Part shown: positions 36,841 to 50,945 of the stretch, piece after piece | Position numbering within the stretch: position 1 is the stretch's first letter | Layout of the letters: each line of letters opens with the position of its first letter | Source of the DNA: Octopus sinensis | Lineage: Eukaryota | Assembly: GCF_006345805.1 (NCBI RefSeq) | Contig: NC_043001.1 | Span: 99,014,001-99,078,000 of the forward strand | Direction: 5' to 3' | DNA length: 64,000 nt | The notes under the pieces: generated by a model | The model's database searches: none | Told to the model about the DNA's origin: nothing | Seen by the model: the letters and a program-made list of their open reading frames with translations, nothing else | Position numbers and translations under genes: made by a program

Positions 36841-37212
36841 CTCTTACTTGTTTCAGTCATTTGACTGAGGTCATGCTGGAGCACCACCCTGAGTCGAGCA
36901 AATCAACCCCAGGACTTACTCTTTGTAAGCCTAGTACTTATTCTATCAATCCCTTTTCGCCGAAGCGCAAAGTTACGGGGACGTAAACACACCAGCATTG
37001 GTTGTCAAGTGATGTTGAGGGAACAAACACAGAGACATATACACATATATACGACTGGCTTTTTTCAGTTTCTGTCTACCAAGTCCACTGGCAAGGCTTT
37101 GGTCAGCCCGAGGCTATAGTAGAAGATACTTGCCCAAAGTGTCACGCAGTGGGACTGAACCTGGAACCATGTGGTTCATAAGCAAGCTACTTGCCACACA
37201 GCCACTCCTATG
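36841..37212 (-). mobile_element. SINE family A, full length
   Basis: Reverse-complement match to 29238-29620. Confidence 0.85.
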
Positions 37213-37247
37213 TCTTATATGTATGTGTATGTGTGTGTATATATGTA

Positions 37248-37315
<68 letters not shown>

Positions 37316-37573
37316 ATATATTTCAATGGTTATTTTAGATCATTTTATTTTATTTTTAAAGTAATTAAAGTGGCATGTGTGTGTGTAGCATTCTTTTATT
37401 CATTACCTATCACCAAGCCTTGTATGTACATTCATCCTGGACCTCTTATGTTAATTTTCTCTCTGCCTGCCATTTAATCTTTCTTCCACCCTCCCTTCCT
37501 CTTTCTATATAGTCTGGAGAAATGAATCAACAAACCAAACACATCAGCTATTATTATATAGAGATAATTTTAA

Positions 37574-37706
37574 TCCTTTTGATACCAATATGCCCAAAAT
37601 CATTTCTGTTTCTATGATACAAACTTTCTGCTTTAAAGTACACTAAAAATTTTCCATCAAAATGAAATAGTCTTTTTCAGCAGAAAGAAAAATGGTAGCA
37701 AAAGGG
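37574..37706. mobile_element. TTAA-flanked MITE (short)
   Basis: TTAA-TCCTTTTGATACCA...TGGTAGCAAAAGGG-TTAA. Confidence 0.65.
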
Positions 37707-38802
37707 TTAAGGAAATGCTGAAAGCAGGGATCAAATGAAAAAATAAGTTAATTAAATACACTCCAACCCATCTACTAAATCAGGAAAAACTACGAAAAAG
37801 TGACAATCAGTGTTGAACAAAAACTGGTTTTAATGAATTCTATGAGCCAACTAGGTCATTCTGACATTAAAGTATCAATAGGATTAATCTTTTTTATACA
37901 TCTTAAGTTATTAGGAAGTAGTTTAAAACAGAAAAGGAAAAGACAATCTATTGACTTCTCTATTTCAACTTCCAAAACAATACATCTACTTTATATAATA
38001 TATGTAAGTATTACATATATGACAGTTTTAATAGACACCTAGTGTTGAAGCCCTGCAGAGTCAACAGTAGGTTAATTTTTCTGCCTGAAAGAACAACGAA
38101 AGAATAACTAGTGTTATGTTGTGTTCATATTGCATTAACTGTGTATACATGAATTTAACATAGTAAGAGCTGAGGATAAATAATAAAACTAATCTCTTAA
38201 TAGAAGAGTCTTAGTTTATTTGTTAAGAGGTGTGTAGACTTTAACATTATAAGCCTTGCCTTTTTCGTCCTTCTCAAGTGAAGAATAAGGCCTTCACACC
38301 CCTCACAAATTAACATCTCCAAATGTAAGCATATTTCCAAGACAGGACAACACTATGTCCAGCCCTCTCTCCATCCAGCCATCACATGATGTTCCACAAG
38401 CTCAAGAGAGATGGTGGTCAGGGATAAAAGGATTTCCATTTTCTGCTCATGACTACATATGCACCTAAGGCAATTAGCAAAGGTATGGTAGGTTACCAAA
38501 CCTTAATCACAAGTGATGGCTGGCTGCACTATTGCCCATCCCCAAACTAAAACAGAACAGATGGTTCTTTAAAGAGAAACATATTCATTACTATAACAGA
38601 TAAGCAGGTTGATCCTCCCAATACTAATAGCTGAACAGTGGAAGATGTGGAATCATTTATTCTCAGCTAGGTTGATTGAAACCAGTGGAATAATGTAAGG
38701 TCTGAAACTTGTGACCCTTTAGTCAAGAGTTCAAAATCTATAACAGTTAAACCAGGTAATTGTTATTTTAAATATTTGATATAAATTATGGTAAATTTCT
38801 CA

Positions 38803-39076
38803 TTGCCAGCCTCGCCTGGCCTCCGTGCCGGTGGCACGTAAAAAGCACCATCCAATCGTGACCGTTTGCCAGCCTCGTCTGGCATCTGTGCCGGTGGCAC
38901 GTAAAAAGCACCCACTACACTCATGGAGTGGTTGCTGTTAGGAAGGGCATCCAGCCGTAGAAACATTGCCAGATCAGACTGGGCCTGGTGCAGCCTTCTG
39001 GCTTCCCAGACCCCAGTTGCACCGTCCAACCCATGCCAGCATGGAAAGCAGACATTAAACGATGATGATGATGATG
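38803..39076 (+). mobile_element. RTE LINE 3' UTR/tail copy
   Basis: Matches 1500-1784 and ends in (GAT)n. Confidence 0.88.
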
Positions 39077-39784
39077 AAGACTTCATATGTATTTAATTGT
39101 TACTTCTGATGCTTTATCTAGTGTTGTACTGACAACTTAGGAAGCAATCTTTTAATTGGATTTATATATGCAAAATGGTAAGAAATGGAATTACTTATGA
39201 TTATTAAAATAATGAAATCATCATCATCCTACTACTGCTTTCCATGTTGACATGGATTGGATGGGCCAAAAACTAACCAAGTTCTTTCTTCAAGTTACAG
39301 CTCTCCTAGAATGGTTGGTGACCACACCTAGGATAGAATGTTGGCTGTCACTGCATTTTAGTTGATGGTAAGTAGACTACTGAAGTCTGATGATAGCTTA
39401 GTATCATGTTAAAAAAAAAAATCAATTGATATCAAGAATTATCATTAAGTCTTCATAAACTACATATATTGATTGGGGAGTGGCTGTGTTAAAATACAAC
39501 ATAAAATGGACAAGCAAGGTTTCTCCTTTCCATAATACTAAATCTTTCATTTTTAGCAAGCATAAGTAGTTTCTTAGTTATGAATGTGAAGATCTGGATA
39601 GCAATTGGAGACTCAATTCACATGTAGTCCTTTGGAATGTTCCATGCCAAGTGTGAGTATATAATTATGAGGTTTCAAATAAAATAACTGGAAAACCATA
39701 CTGATAGAGTCTGTATTACGATCAGTCATTTAATATATACATACAACACACACACAATCATTTTAACATTTCTAGAGGTTTTAA

Positions 39785-39980
39785 CCCATTTGATACCAAC
39801 CCACCTAAGACTGCACCTGACAATCATACAAGCTTCCTATTTTAAAGAGATCTCTTTTAAAACCTCCCATCAAGATTTCATGTTAATTCATAATGACAAA
39901 GATATTTTACTAAATTCTTCATTATTTTCATAATTGAAACAAAGAAAGTATGTGTCAGCAAAATTATGGTAATAAAAGGG
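39785..39980. mobile_element. TTAA-flanked MITE
   Basis: TTAA-CCCATTTGATACCAAC...TGGTAATAAAAGGG-TTTA; right flank imperfect. Confidence 0.65.
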
Positions 39981-40283
39981 TTTAATTAAACAATTTTGAA
40001 TATTATCTTAGCCAAAAACAGATGCCTTCTTATGAATAAAAGCTAATGGTTTCAGCCAATGGACTGCAATCATTATGGAACATCATGTTTAAAAGATTCT
40101 AATCAGTCTTCTGTACTTGACAAAACAATTACCTGTCAAGCCATTCCTCAAAATTTTTAACAGAATTCATACACCAATGGTATTTAGTTAACTATGCTTC
40201 TCAGTTGGTGGCAGGAACTTATTTTCTATTTATAAGCATTTACTTTTCTAGATCTACAATGCCAACATTAATATCAGAGAATG

Positions 40284-40330
<47 letters not shown>

Positions 40331-43300
40331 TCCATGCTGGCAAGGATTGGGAAAGTTGTTATAGGTTGGAGACGACATCTCACTCAGGCATTAGCGCAAT
40401 TTCTACAGACGTGTGCTCCTCCTAATGTTTTATAGGTCTTTTCCATGTTATTACAGTTTTAATCATAACCTTACTAGGATACTAAAAGTAAGATGAAATG
40501 AAATAAGTGAAAAAAACTTGAGATTCAGGTTTACAACTAAAATCACTTGTTATATCTCACTATTTATCATTTGAAGCTCACATTAAGGCCATTAGTTTCT
40601 TCCTCATCCTGCAGATATGCAGTTATAAATGCTTCTGTGAAGTTTCTTCACTCCGCAAATTTCAGAAACTCCTCATACAATTTTGTTGATGCAGATTAGT
40701 GAGAAAAAAAACAAAAAAACTACAGATATTACTATGCTTAAAAAAACTGGGAAAGGAAATGAAAACTATTCGCCATGGAACATCAAAATATCTAGATGGG
40801 AGTGAAAGATGTTCACTTAGTGGACAATGGTCAGTAAAGATTAAATATGTTTGCTCTACAATTCCACAACTTTGAAAACAAACAAGTGAGAGCATACTGG
40901 CCTATTACAAAACAAACTAGTGGGATGGCCTAAATCCCCCTCGAATCATATCCTATGTTTGAAGAAGAAAAAAAGGATAGTTACAACTGGGATGTTTTTA
41001 AAATTCTGCTAATCCACAATCCAGAACTAGTATTTTATTATCTTAACTCCAGAAGAATGCAAGTTCAAGTTGATCATAGTGAATCCTGAACTCAGTCTAG
41101 TGAGCCAGAACAAATAATGAAAGTTATTCTGTATTAGACTAACAGTTCAGCTTACACCTGAACTAGAAAACTTTAAAAAGCAATGAAATTACACTTTTTT
41201 TTTTATGAGGGGGGAAAAAAGAAAAAAAAAATCAGGAATTATTAGCCTAGCAACATAATGACAATGATTAAACCTTGATATTTTAATGTATTATTGACAT
41301 AATGAATAAATAGGTATTTAACCCCTTTTGATGCCAACCAGATTAGCATCTGGCTTTGTGATACAAAATGGCCTGTCATATTTAAATTTAAATAATTGAG
41401 CAGAATTTCGTGTAAGAATCATTTAAATAATAATGAAATTATTGTGTATAGTGCTCAGGTGCACTACAGTTAAATACATTTCAAACACAAATGAAAAATC
41501 CATTGAAATTTTTGATTTTCAATATTGAAAAATATAAGAAATATGGTTGTGAAAAAGGATTTTTCACAATGTTTACTTTGACAGTTCTAATAATTAAGGT
41601 ACAAAATTACAAGAATCATGATGTGACTGTCACATGGGATTAAACTCATATTGCAAACAATGATGCAGTCCTTCGTAAGACCACTATATACTAATTTTTC
41701 TCTCAATCTGTTTAGCTGAATATAAGGTCTTACTGTAACTGATTTCATAGTTGAGAATTCAGAGGTCCTGAGAAAACTGCAAGTACATGAATGTAAAGTC
41801 TATGCAACACACTACTGATAAAGGATATACTGTTGGTTGAACCACAACAAATACCTCTTTACAGTTGGTTAGTAACAGAAAAGGGGAAAACAATGACACT
41901 TTCAATAGCATCATCATAGTAAAATGAGAGAACACAAAGAACTTTAGGGGTCTTCATAGACATTTTCGTTTCATTAGAACTTTTTTAAACGTGTGGTGGA
42001 ACATTGTCAATTAAACCGAGTATAGGATCTTCAGTACATATTTTATTAGAAAGGTTATCAATAGAAGAGTATCTGTGAGTTGAAGAACTACTGATCTAAT
42101 AGTCAAGAGCCGAATCAAACCTTGCTCACAACTACTGTATCCCTTCCAAGGTACATAACTCTGGTTGCCTCACAAAAAAAAAAAAAAGAAAAAAAAAAGG
42201 TTTTAATACGCCATCTCAACGTTGACTGCCTAATAGTAAAAGGCGGAAACCGACGGTAAAATGATTCTCTAACAAAGTAATCAAACCAGCTCTTAAGGAA
42301 AACAAGAAAGAGTGACCTAAAACCTCATTTTGACTAAGGCCTGAAATCATACACTTGCACAAACTAAATGCTCTATTACAGCATTACTAAAATCACAAGC
42401 ACATTTTAAACATCTCGGAAATCTACTAAAATGTAGCGGAAACTGGTTTTTCTTGAAAAGAATGGATCGAATTTTTAATTACATAAAAGCTTGAATTAAT
42501 AAGCGATTAGAACAAGCTTGAAATTATGTCATCCTAAATGTCAGTAACTGATAAAAGAAAGAAAGAAAAAGGTTCGAAGATATGAGATTTATGTAATATC
42601 ATCACATTACTTTGACAAACATACCATTCCCTCGCACTTTCCTAAAGGTATTTCGTTTACATTTCACTAGATATACAAAGCTTTTGTATATCACACATAC
42701 AGTTGCACAATTCAAATTACTATGTGTGCATGAGAGTGTATATATGTAATTCCATTCAAGTTTGAATACAGAGCTCGCTCTCTGTGCATAAGCCGATGGC
42801 AAAAGATATTGCTAAAAAAATTTTTAAAAATTACATAATTTTATTTGAGGCAATCTTCCGAAGGAAGAGAAGCAATTCTGAATTGATGCCAGCCCCTTTC
42901 ACCAGTCACAATTGGTTATGTACAATTTTATTTATAAATACTATTTAATTTCTTGTCGTGAGGCATATTAGAAATGTATTTGGTATAGCAAATTGCCCCA
43001 TATTTATCATGTGCCATATGTCGTGCAGTGTTCAACGACAAAACGCCCATCCTCTAGCATATTAATGTAACAAGAATGACAGCACATACAGACACAATTC
43101 ACATTTCTCTCTTCACACTTCATTTATCTGTTGGAAGGTTCATAATTTTTATATAAACCACATCATAAAAATCTTTTTAGCTCTCCCACATATTGCTACT
43201 CCGCTGTAATGTTTTACTGAATACTCTTTTATCATATTCAGTATGGGCAATGCACGAAGGAATATGGCATGAAGCTAGATAAATTATATATATTGTCCAC

Positions 43301-43380
43301 GGACAAGCTTGTTGTACAAAGGCCGTTTCCAAAGCATTTAGTCACAACAGAGAAGCAGTATCAACTGCAACAGTTTTTTT

Positions 43381-43426
<46 letters not shown>

Positions 43427-43836
43427 ACCGTTTTCCGTGCTTACACGGGTGGAATGGTTTAGTGGCTGGAGCCATACCCACCACCCTTCTTTTCACAACT
43501 AGATCGACAAACTGAATTGTGTCTTGCACAGAAAATCCAGCACCATGGGTAGTATAATGTGGACTAATTTGTGAATAAACTTCATTTACACTATATTAGT
43601 AATAGATTATTTGTTAAATGATAGTTACATCCCCCCCCACCAAAAAAATCCACTCCGTTCAACGAATTTCTCATGATGACTAATTCATCTTTACATCATT
43701 TCACCTAAAGATATTGACAAGTTCCCTCCTTAAACGCGAAGGTTTTTCTAAAAAGCTGATATTTGTCGACTCACCACCATGCAAATTATATATTCCTATA
43801 GTTTTGTAGTATTGGTTAATGCTAGCCGATAAACAC

Positions 43837-43875
<39 letters not shown>

Positions 43876-46330
43876 CATGAGTGATTATAATCCATGTAGA
43901 CAGTGTATGCCGATGTCAAATGAGTCATTGAATGAATTAAGTAATCGCTTAACAGGAGCCCCTAACTCGGGGCTAGTTTAAGTCTTGTTTTGCCTTTAAA
44001 TATATGTGTACAGAAATCATTATTTAAAATAAACCCCGCATTGTATCTTACTCCAGAAAAGTCTTATGGCCAAAAATTATAAGATTGGAACATTATGAAT
44101 TAAAGTGACTAGAGTAGCATGTTGACACTTATATTCAAGAAAGAATAAAGTCGATAGTAATAAGATATGAACCAGAAAATACGCGATATCAAAGCAGAAA
44201 ATACAATCGCACAAACTATACAGGGGCGCGTGTACAGTTGAGTTTTTTTTTCTAAATATTAAAATAACTTGTAGCGAAGAATTTTTGCATTCGGAGAATA
44301 ATTATATAATATAGAAATTTTTTTAAAAAATATCTTTATTTTCTACAAAAACAAAATTATAATAGCTGTAAAACTAAAACCAAATCCAATCAGGGTAAAG
44401 AAAATTGAAATGAAGCTAGCAGAATTTCAGTTTAACCATCACGTGAATAGAACTGGGTAGTTTTGGTAGTTATTTTTCCCCTGAAGAATTTAATGAACTT
44501 TCTAATGTTAGAAATGTGTAATCAATACAAAATTAATTACCAATTAAACAGAATGTTCTGTGTGTTACATAAAAAATTAGTTTAAAAAAGAAAAACTAAT
44601 ACCCCCACCCCTTTCAATTTAGCTGTGAAGTAATAACGATTAAAACAGAATTAACAAACAATTCTTTTGGAATTCTAAGCATAAAATATGGCCCACAAAG
44701 AAAAAATTATGAAAATAGAATTGTAAAAAAGTTATACACATTAAAAAGACTTTTAATCTTGAAATGTACACCATTTTATATATATATATATATATATATA
44801 AAACTAAAGAAAAATATTTTAAATCTGTAAGTGAAACTGAAAATTAATTATAATTATAATTATATTTTGAATAGGTTCAAAGTGGGTAGCAATAACTTAG
44901 GCTATCAATTGTACAAATATCTCGACACAAAATCTATAGTATTCGTCTTATCTAATAATACTGTCACTAATTTGACCAGGCCGGCAGCAGTAAGAAGCTC
45001 AGAATTCAAAAGAAAAAATATAAGCTGAAGATATTCTGGTTTCATTGCTGTGCTGTCTAGTGTTCATCAAACTCAAATGAGAAATAGCTTTAAACAAAGA
45101 ATAAGAATAGGAAAAACGATAAACAATACCAAGGTTTCCAGAAGCAATAAAAGATCTTTTCTTGGTAGCAAGCTATCATTGGACTTGTGGAGAAGTTTCT
45201 GTGATTTGATTTGAAACAATAAGCAGAGTGGAAGAAATAACGAAGAGTGCTAGCCCGAAGTTAGCAGAGCAAGTTTACCACAGAGAATGAGTAATCAATA
45301 TAGACTAGCGCATTAGTTTTTATAATTATATGTGCAATGAAATTGGTCGTATGCAGAGCGGAATCATTTCTCTGGAAAAGCGGTCGAGTGTCGGATAAAT
45401 CACAAGTTCTGTCGGAATATATATTTTCTAAGAAGTTTATTATTTAGAGATAATTAAAGATAAATGAAATTGAGCAAAATGGCAACCGCACTACCAAAGT
45501 TATATTGCATACGAATAATTTAAAATATATTTTAAATGTATACCTTACTTTTATTTATTTATTTATGACTGCGATTTATTTAGTAAGCACGATATTTGAT
45601 TTTTTCCCACTTCTAATGGACTATCGTTAAGAATGCTATGGAGGGTGTGGAATTCAAGATAACATTGTTCTTCTGAACAATGTCTAAAATTAAAATAGCA
45701 TAACATGTAAGAATTTGTGCTAATCGACGTATGATTAATTTTTATATGTTGATTCAATTGAATTTTGGAGGTATAGGAACAAAAACTGGAACGACCCGGC
45801 TAAGCAAAATATGTGTATTTCTGCATATGTATAGTTGTCTGTATGTGTATAGCCAAACCTCCGGCTGGGTTTAAATTTATAAGTAGCAAACCAACGAAAA
45901 AATATATATCCGGATCGAAGAGGAACTTACTGGTGTGTCTAATTATTAGCGAATAACAAAATATTACAACTCTAACATGCACGCACATACACATCTATAC
46001 ATACAAAACTGAATTGTAAATTAAATGATTCGATTTCTTTTTTTCTTTTTATTTTTGCTGGAGAAAAGTAGTAGAAAGCTTTCAATAAAAGTAAGCAGTT
46101 TATCACAAACAATATTTCCCTTCTGTTCACAGTAGATTTTTTTTTTTCAAGTCAGAGGAATCTAATTAAAGGCAGGGAGAAAATAAATTGGGCAAGGAGG
46201 AAACAAATCATAGAGACAATTATTGCAGAGAGCTACGAGAAAAATATGTTGATGAGCCGAGCCAGTACGTGTAAGGGTGAGAGAGGGGTAATTATCGTTT
46301 TAGATATGACGTGCCGACTTCCCGGCCATC

Positions 46331-46388
<58 letters not shown>

Positions 46389-47497
46389 GAAAATATAATT
46401 TGGGACTTGACAAACGATGTGTCGAAATATGCGAAAATAAAAGACAGAAGTAAATAAAATATCCGTCTTTTATGGTTTGTTGTATTTTTAAGAAACAAAG
46501 GATTTGAAAAAGTTCCCTAAAAGGAAGAATAATTAGAGTTATGTAGCCACAGGTTAGTACTGCGCGAAAAAACGTATGATCAAAGGTGTTCCAGCCATGA
46601 CCATCCTGTCATTCTCTCGGTCATAGTATGTCTAGGACTACATTAACCAATGTGTCCTCCATTTTCAGAGGTGTGAAACTCGAGGGGGATCTGGCTGCCA
46701 TTCGTAATATACTGAGACCCTGTACAGTCTCCCTTTAATTTTTTGTATTTTATGATTAGTTTCCTCTTTGTTTAACAGTTCTTGATACAGAGCGCGCACT
46801 TACGACACAATTTACAATTAAGATCAGAAGAGAGAAAGCTGCACCCAGAAAAATATATATAAAAGAAGAAAAAAAAAGTATTTGCACAACTTTCGAATTA
46901 TAAGAAAGAAATATAGAAATTGGAATAATCAAGGCATTTTTTTTAATACTTAGAAGAAATATTCACACACACAGACAAGTAGCCATGCACATATATCTGG
47001 TCGTATAAGCTGTGACTGAGCAGGCATAATCAGACATTCCTGTTATGACCAACCCGCCCTTTCCCCGAATCATAGAGAATAGTAAAAAACAGAATGGATT
47101 AAAAAAAGGATGCCGGTGTGAGTTGTTTGAGATTTCGCTGCTGTTTCTAGCAGGTCTAGCAATCGATATTTAATATAAGCGCATTCACACATGCACACAC
47201 GTGTTGTATACTCCCCCCTTTAATTAACCAGCGCTTTTGACAGCTAATTCAAACTTAAAACATAGACCCATAAAACAAAAAAATAATTTTGAAACTAAGA
47301 TGACAGTTCTACAATAACAAAAAAGGCAAGCTTTTAAAAACGATAAATTGAAAATATATATAATTATAAAAAGAATACATGACAGAAATTGCATTTATGC
47401 AGAACAAACCTTTTTTACACTCCAGCTGAGAAATTAACGTGACTGCGGAGGTCAGTGCTTTGATAACTTGATATAGAGCAATAACAAAATTACTCAC

Positions 47498-47532
47498 ACT
47501 TCCGGCGTTGCACTCCCCGTTCTCTGCGGAGG
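47498..47532 (-). other. Candidate 35-nt upstream exon of RhoGDI
   Basis: TTTTTTTTTAATCCACAG|CCTCCGCAGAGAACGGGGAGTGCAACGCCGGAAGT|GTGAGT. Strong splice signals; also contains an ETS-type CCGGAAGT motif. Confidence 0.4.
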
Positions 47533-48101
47533 CTGTGGATTAAAAAAAAATTGTTATGTATAATAAATGAGAAGTAAAGAGTATTTGAATGTAAGAAATA
47601 ATATTATTGAATGAAAACATGTAGAGTGTCTTAATATGCAAAAAAAAAAATTAAGTATGAAAAAGAGGAGAGTAAAGAGTTAGGAAAAAAAAATTAAGTA
47701 AAATAGTGCAAGCGATATAATGAATTTTAAAGCAATTAAATTCAACATTTAGTTGCACTATTGCACTCTAGGACTGGGTGCATATATTTTTTAATCAGCT
47801 AAAAGTTATAGAATGTATTTATTGTAATTTTAGTTTCGAATTAAATTTCCCAGTAACTAAGTTTTCAAAGATATATAAGTTGTGCAGGTTCTTGTTTTAT
47901 GAGTGATAAGGTCAAATACTTTCTACATCCGGTTTCTAAAGCAAGGGTTTGTGTTGCGACACCAGACAACGGAACTGCTCTACTGCTTAAGCGAGGTGAG
48001 GTTTCTTTACAAGTAAATTGAAATGAAAATTGAAAAAAAAAAAAAAAAAAGAATACCGCTGATGATTAATTGCATTCGATACACACGTGCGGTACACATA
48101 C

Positions 48102-48161
48102 CTGCATTGTGTTATAAACGATTATTTCTGTTTTTGTAATGTTTTTATTTTGCTTCGTCTC
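48102..48161 (-). other. Candidate further upstream exon ending ATG CAG|GTATGT (5' boundary uncertain)
   Basis: Donor CAG|GTATGT at 48101; ATG at 48107 with A at -3; in frame with the 35-nt exon and the RhoGDI ATG. Confidence 0.3.
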
Positions 48162-49932
48162 CTGATCGATGTCGAAAAATAAATCGTTGATACCTTTTGG
48201 TTACACATGAGGCCGTTTATTTGTTTTATTTTAGAGAAAGCTGTAGAATCGTTTGAACCAATTACTGTATATTATAGATGTTAGTTTTATCGAGCTTACA
48301 AAAATGAAAAGCAAAGTCGGACCTAGTGATTTTCGAAGTCACAGTGATCTACCAAGATAAATACAGTGAAGCTACCTACTGTCTAGATCACCTTCTCCAC
48401 CACCAATTAAACAATGTTATTAATTAATAATTGTTTATTAGTTTCGCCAGAAGGAAGCTGTTGTACTCATGGCGTTTGCTGGACCTCCAAGATAAGTGAG
48501 ATCGGTACTTTTAATAAACCGTATAAAATGTTACAAACCGACAATAGTAGGAAAGACATTCGGCGAAAGAATTTATGAGTTCCAGACAAAAAGGGATTGG
48601 AGGTAGTGGTTGGTGCAGGGCCTGGAGCAGTTGGATACAATTTATGTAATGAGAAGAGAGACAAATGAGTCGCGAGTACCTGACTGGAAGTTGCACAAAA
48701 CCTGTTAGTTGTAAGGAACAGAGGCTATTGTAGTAGTGGTATAAAAGGCACGGAACGATTGCAATACCCCTGTAGGTCAGAAGTTATGGTACTTTTGTGA
48801 GAGGCTATATGCCTAATTAGTCACAGATGTAGGAGCAATATACTCTGTTATGGGTTTCACCAAATTTATTGCTTTTGTCCTACCTATGATACAAACAACT
48901 TTGTTTTTCTATTATTACTGAGGAAGCAGATATAAAAGAAATAAATCATAGAAAAATTATCAAAATGCTAAGAGAACAGTTGTAACTAAGTATATAGGGT
49001 CAATGTTATTAAATATCACAAGATAATTTGATCATTTATTTATCAACTCGTTGGAGATTAAAATTTAAAAAAAAACTTTTGAAGGGTACAAAAATTGATT
49101 ATGATGCAATTTGTAGTTACTTGTAATTCTTTACCTCATTAATCATACACAAAAGTCACCATTCTTTGGTATATGCTGAACACTGAACCAGCAAAAGGTT
49201 CTGCATGGTTGCTCAACCCAATAAAGAAAAAAGACACATTGGATAATGTATTGCTATACACAATAGCTGTCACTCACTAGTGAGTATGACTTAGTAGCAT
49301 GTAACCTGTTTCTGCTAATTGTATGTAAACATAGACACTCTTTCAGTTCTCTCATCCTTGACATAGAAGAACATTGAATATGTGAAAACTTAAGAAAGAG
49401 GACTGCACTACTACTAGGTTGGTATCAGAGCAATGTGAAATAAAGTGCTTTGACAACAATCTGCCTGATCCAGCAATGAGATCCAAAACCTTATTGTCGT
49501 AAGTCCAACAATAATCACTTAACTACACACCTTGAACAATACTATGCACACTGTACAAATAAGAGATACAGTGGTCACAGCTATAACACTTTTGATCATA
49601 GGCTTTCTCAATCAAGGCTGATCTGGGTTTAAACAATAGCAGCATGCTGAACTATAATACTTTTTTTGTTATTCCTTCTCTGTTTTTAATTTTAATTCAT
49701 TCATGACATTAGACCACAAAGATTAGAATGCAGTGTCTCTTAACTTTGTAACTATAGTAATGTCTAATTTATTGTGTTTAATATATCAAGAGAAATACTT
49801 CAGTGAAACTGTATTGTATTTAGCACTTTGTTTTGAACACTATATTCAATAGGCTATTGATAATCGTGCTTAAATCCCAAATTTAAAAAGAAAAAAACCA
49901 AAGTACATTTCTTATTTTCTTAATGTATAAAA

Positions 49933-50243
49933 TGGCACGTAAGAGAACCATCCGAACATGGCCGTAGCCAGCGCCGCCCTGACTGGCCTCCGTGCCGGTG
50001 GCACGTAAAAAGCACCATCCGATCGTGGCCGTTTGCCAGCTTCGTCTGGCACCTGTGCCGGTGGCACGCAAAAAGCACCCACTATACTCACAGAGTGGTT
50101 GGCGTTAGGAAGGGCATCCAGCTGTAGAAACACTGCCAGATCAGACTGGGCCTGGTGCAGCCTTCTGGCTTCCCAGACCCCAGTTGAACCGTCCAACCCA
50201 TGCTAGCATGGAAAGCGGACATTAAACGATGATGATGATGATG
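49933..50243 (+). mobile_element. RTE LINE 3' UTR/tail copy
   Basis: Matches 1255-1784 with fewer tandem units; (GAT)n tail. Confidence 0.88.
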
Positions 50244-50945
50244 AATGTATCTGTTTCAAGTTGTACGACATAGTTTTGCATGTAGGTATCCAAAATTTTG
50301 CATGGTGACACATCATTTCAAGGAAATGTTATGGGCTATATAACTTTTTCTGTGATACTTTATATAAACCCAGGTTAGGGCTTCTAAAAAGCATAGTGCT
50401 GGATACTAGTTTTGATACACACTTCTGTTTATGTTATGATGTAACAGAGATGAAAGCTGACAGCCAAGCTCATGGAGAATAGGTTACAGGTGGGCTAGTT
50501 GGTGTGGGTCTGATCTTGGGTGAACAATTTCTCACCAGTTAGAAGCAAAACAAGGACACTTTATTTTATGTCTTTCTAGTTATTTTAGTCTGTTCTGTTA
50601 CATGTAAGTATGACTTGTATACTTCATGTGTATGTACACGCACACATACACACAACCTATAAATAATATGTTTAGCATAGGTTGATAAAATATTTGATGA
50701 TCAGTTTGAAATGGGGCCTACATTTTGCATCTAGCTTGGGTATATTGCTAGCTATGCACTGGCATACCTTCTGCTAGTATCGTGTTGGTGATGATGATAA
50801 TGATTTCATTCATTAGTATGAGGCCATAATATTCCAGAGGAGGTAGATAGGTAGATATATATATACATGTGTGTGTGTATATATATACTTGTGTATATTT
50901 ATACGTATATGTATATATATATATACATATGTATATATATATATA

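Noticed and set aside
37114-37477. ORFs rich in YIYI/CVCV (also near 1768, 22378, 40205, 53446, 54395, 63081)
   Set aside because: Translations of (TA)n/(CA)n microsatellites and SINEs.
43957-43977. Hairpin AGCCCC/GGGGCT overlapping CTAG as a Helitron end
   Set aside because: The CTAG overlaps the stem instead of lying ~10 nt downstream, and no 5' end was found.
48500-48640. Integrase-like phrase KPYKMLQTDNSRK
   Set aside because: The resemblance to LQ(S/T)DNG.EF is too short, with no other DDE motifs in frame. A translated HMM search would be needed.
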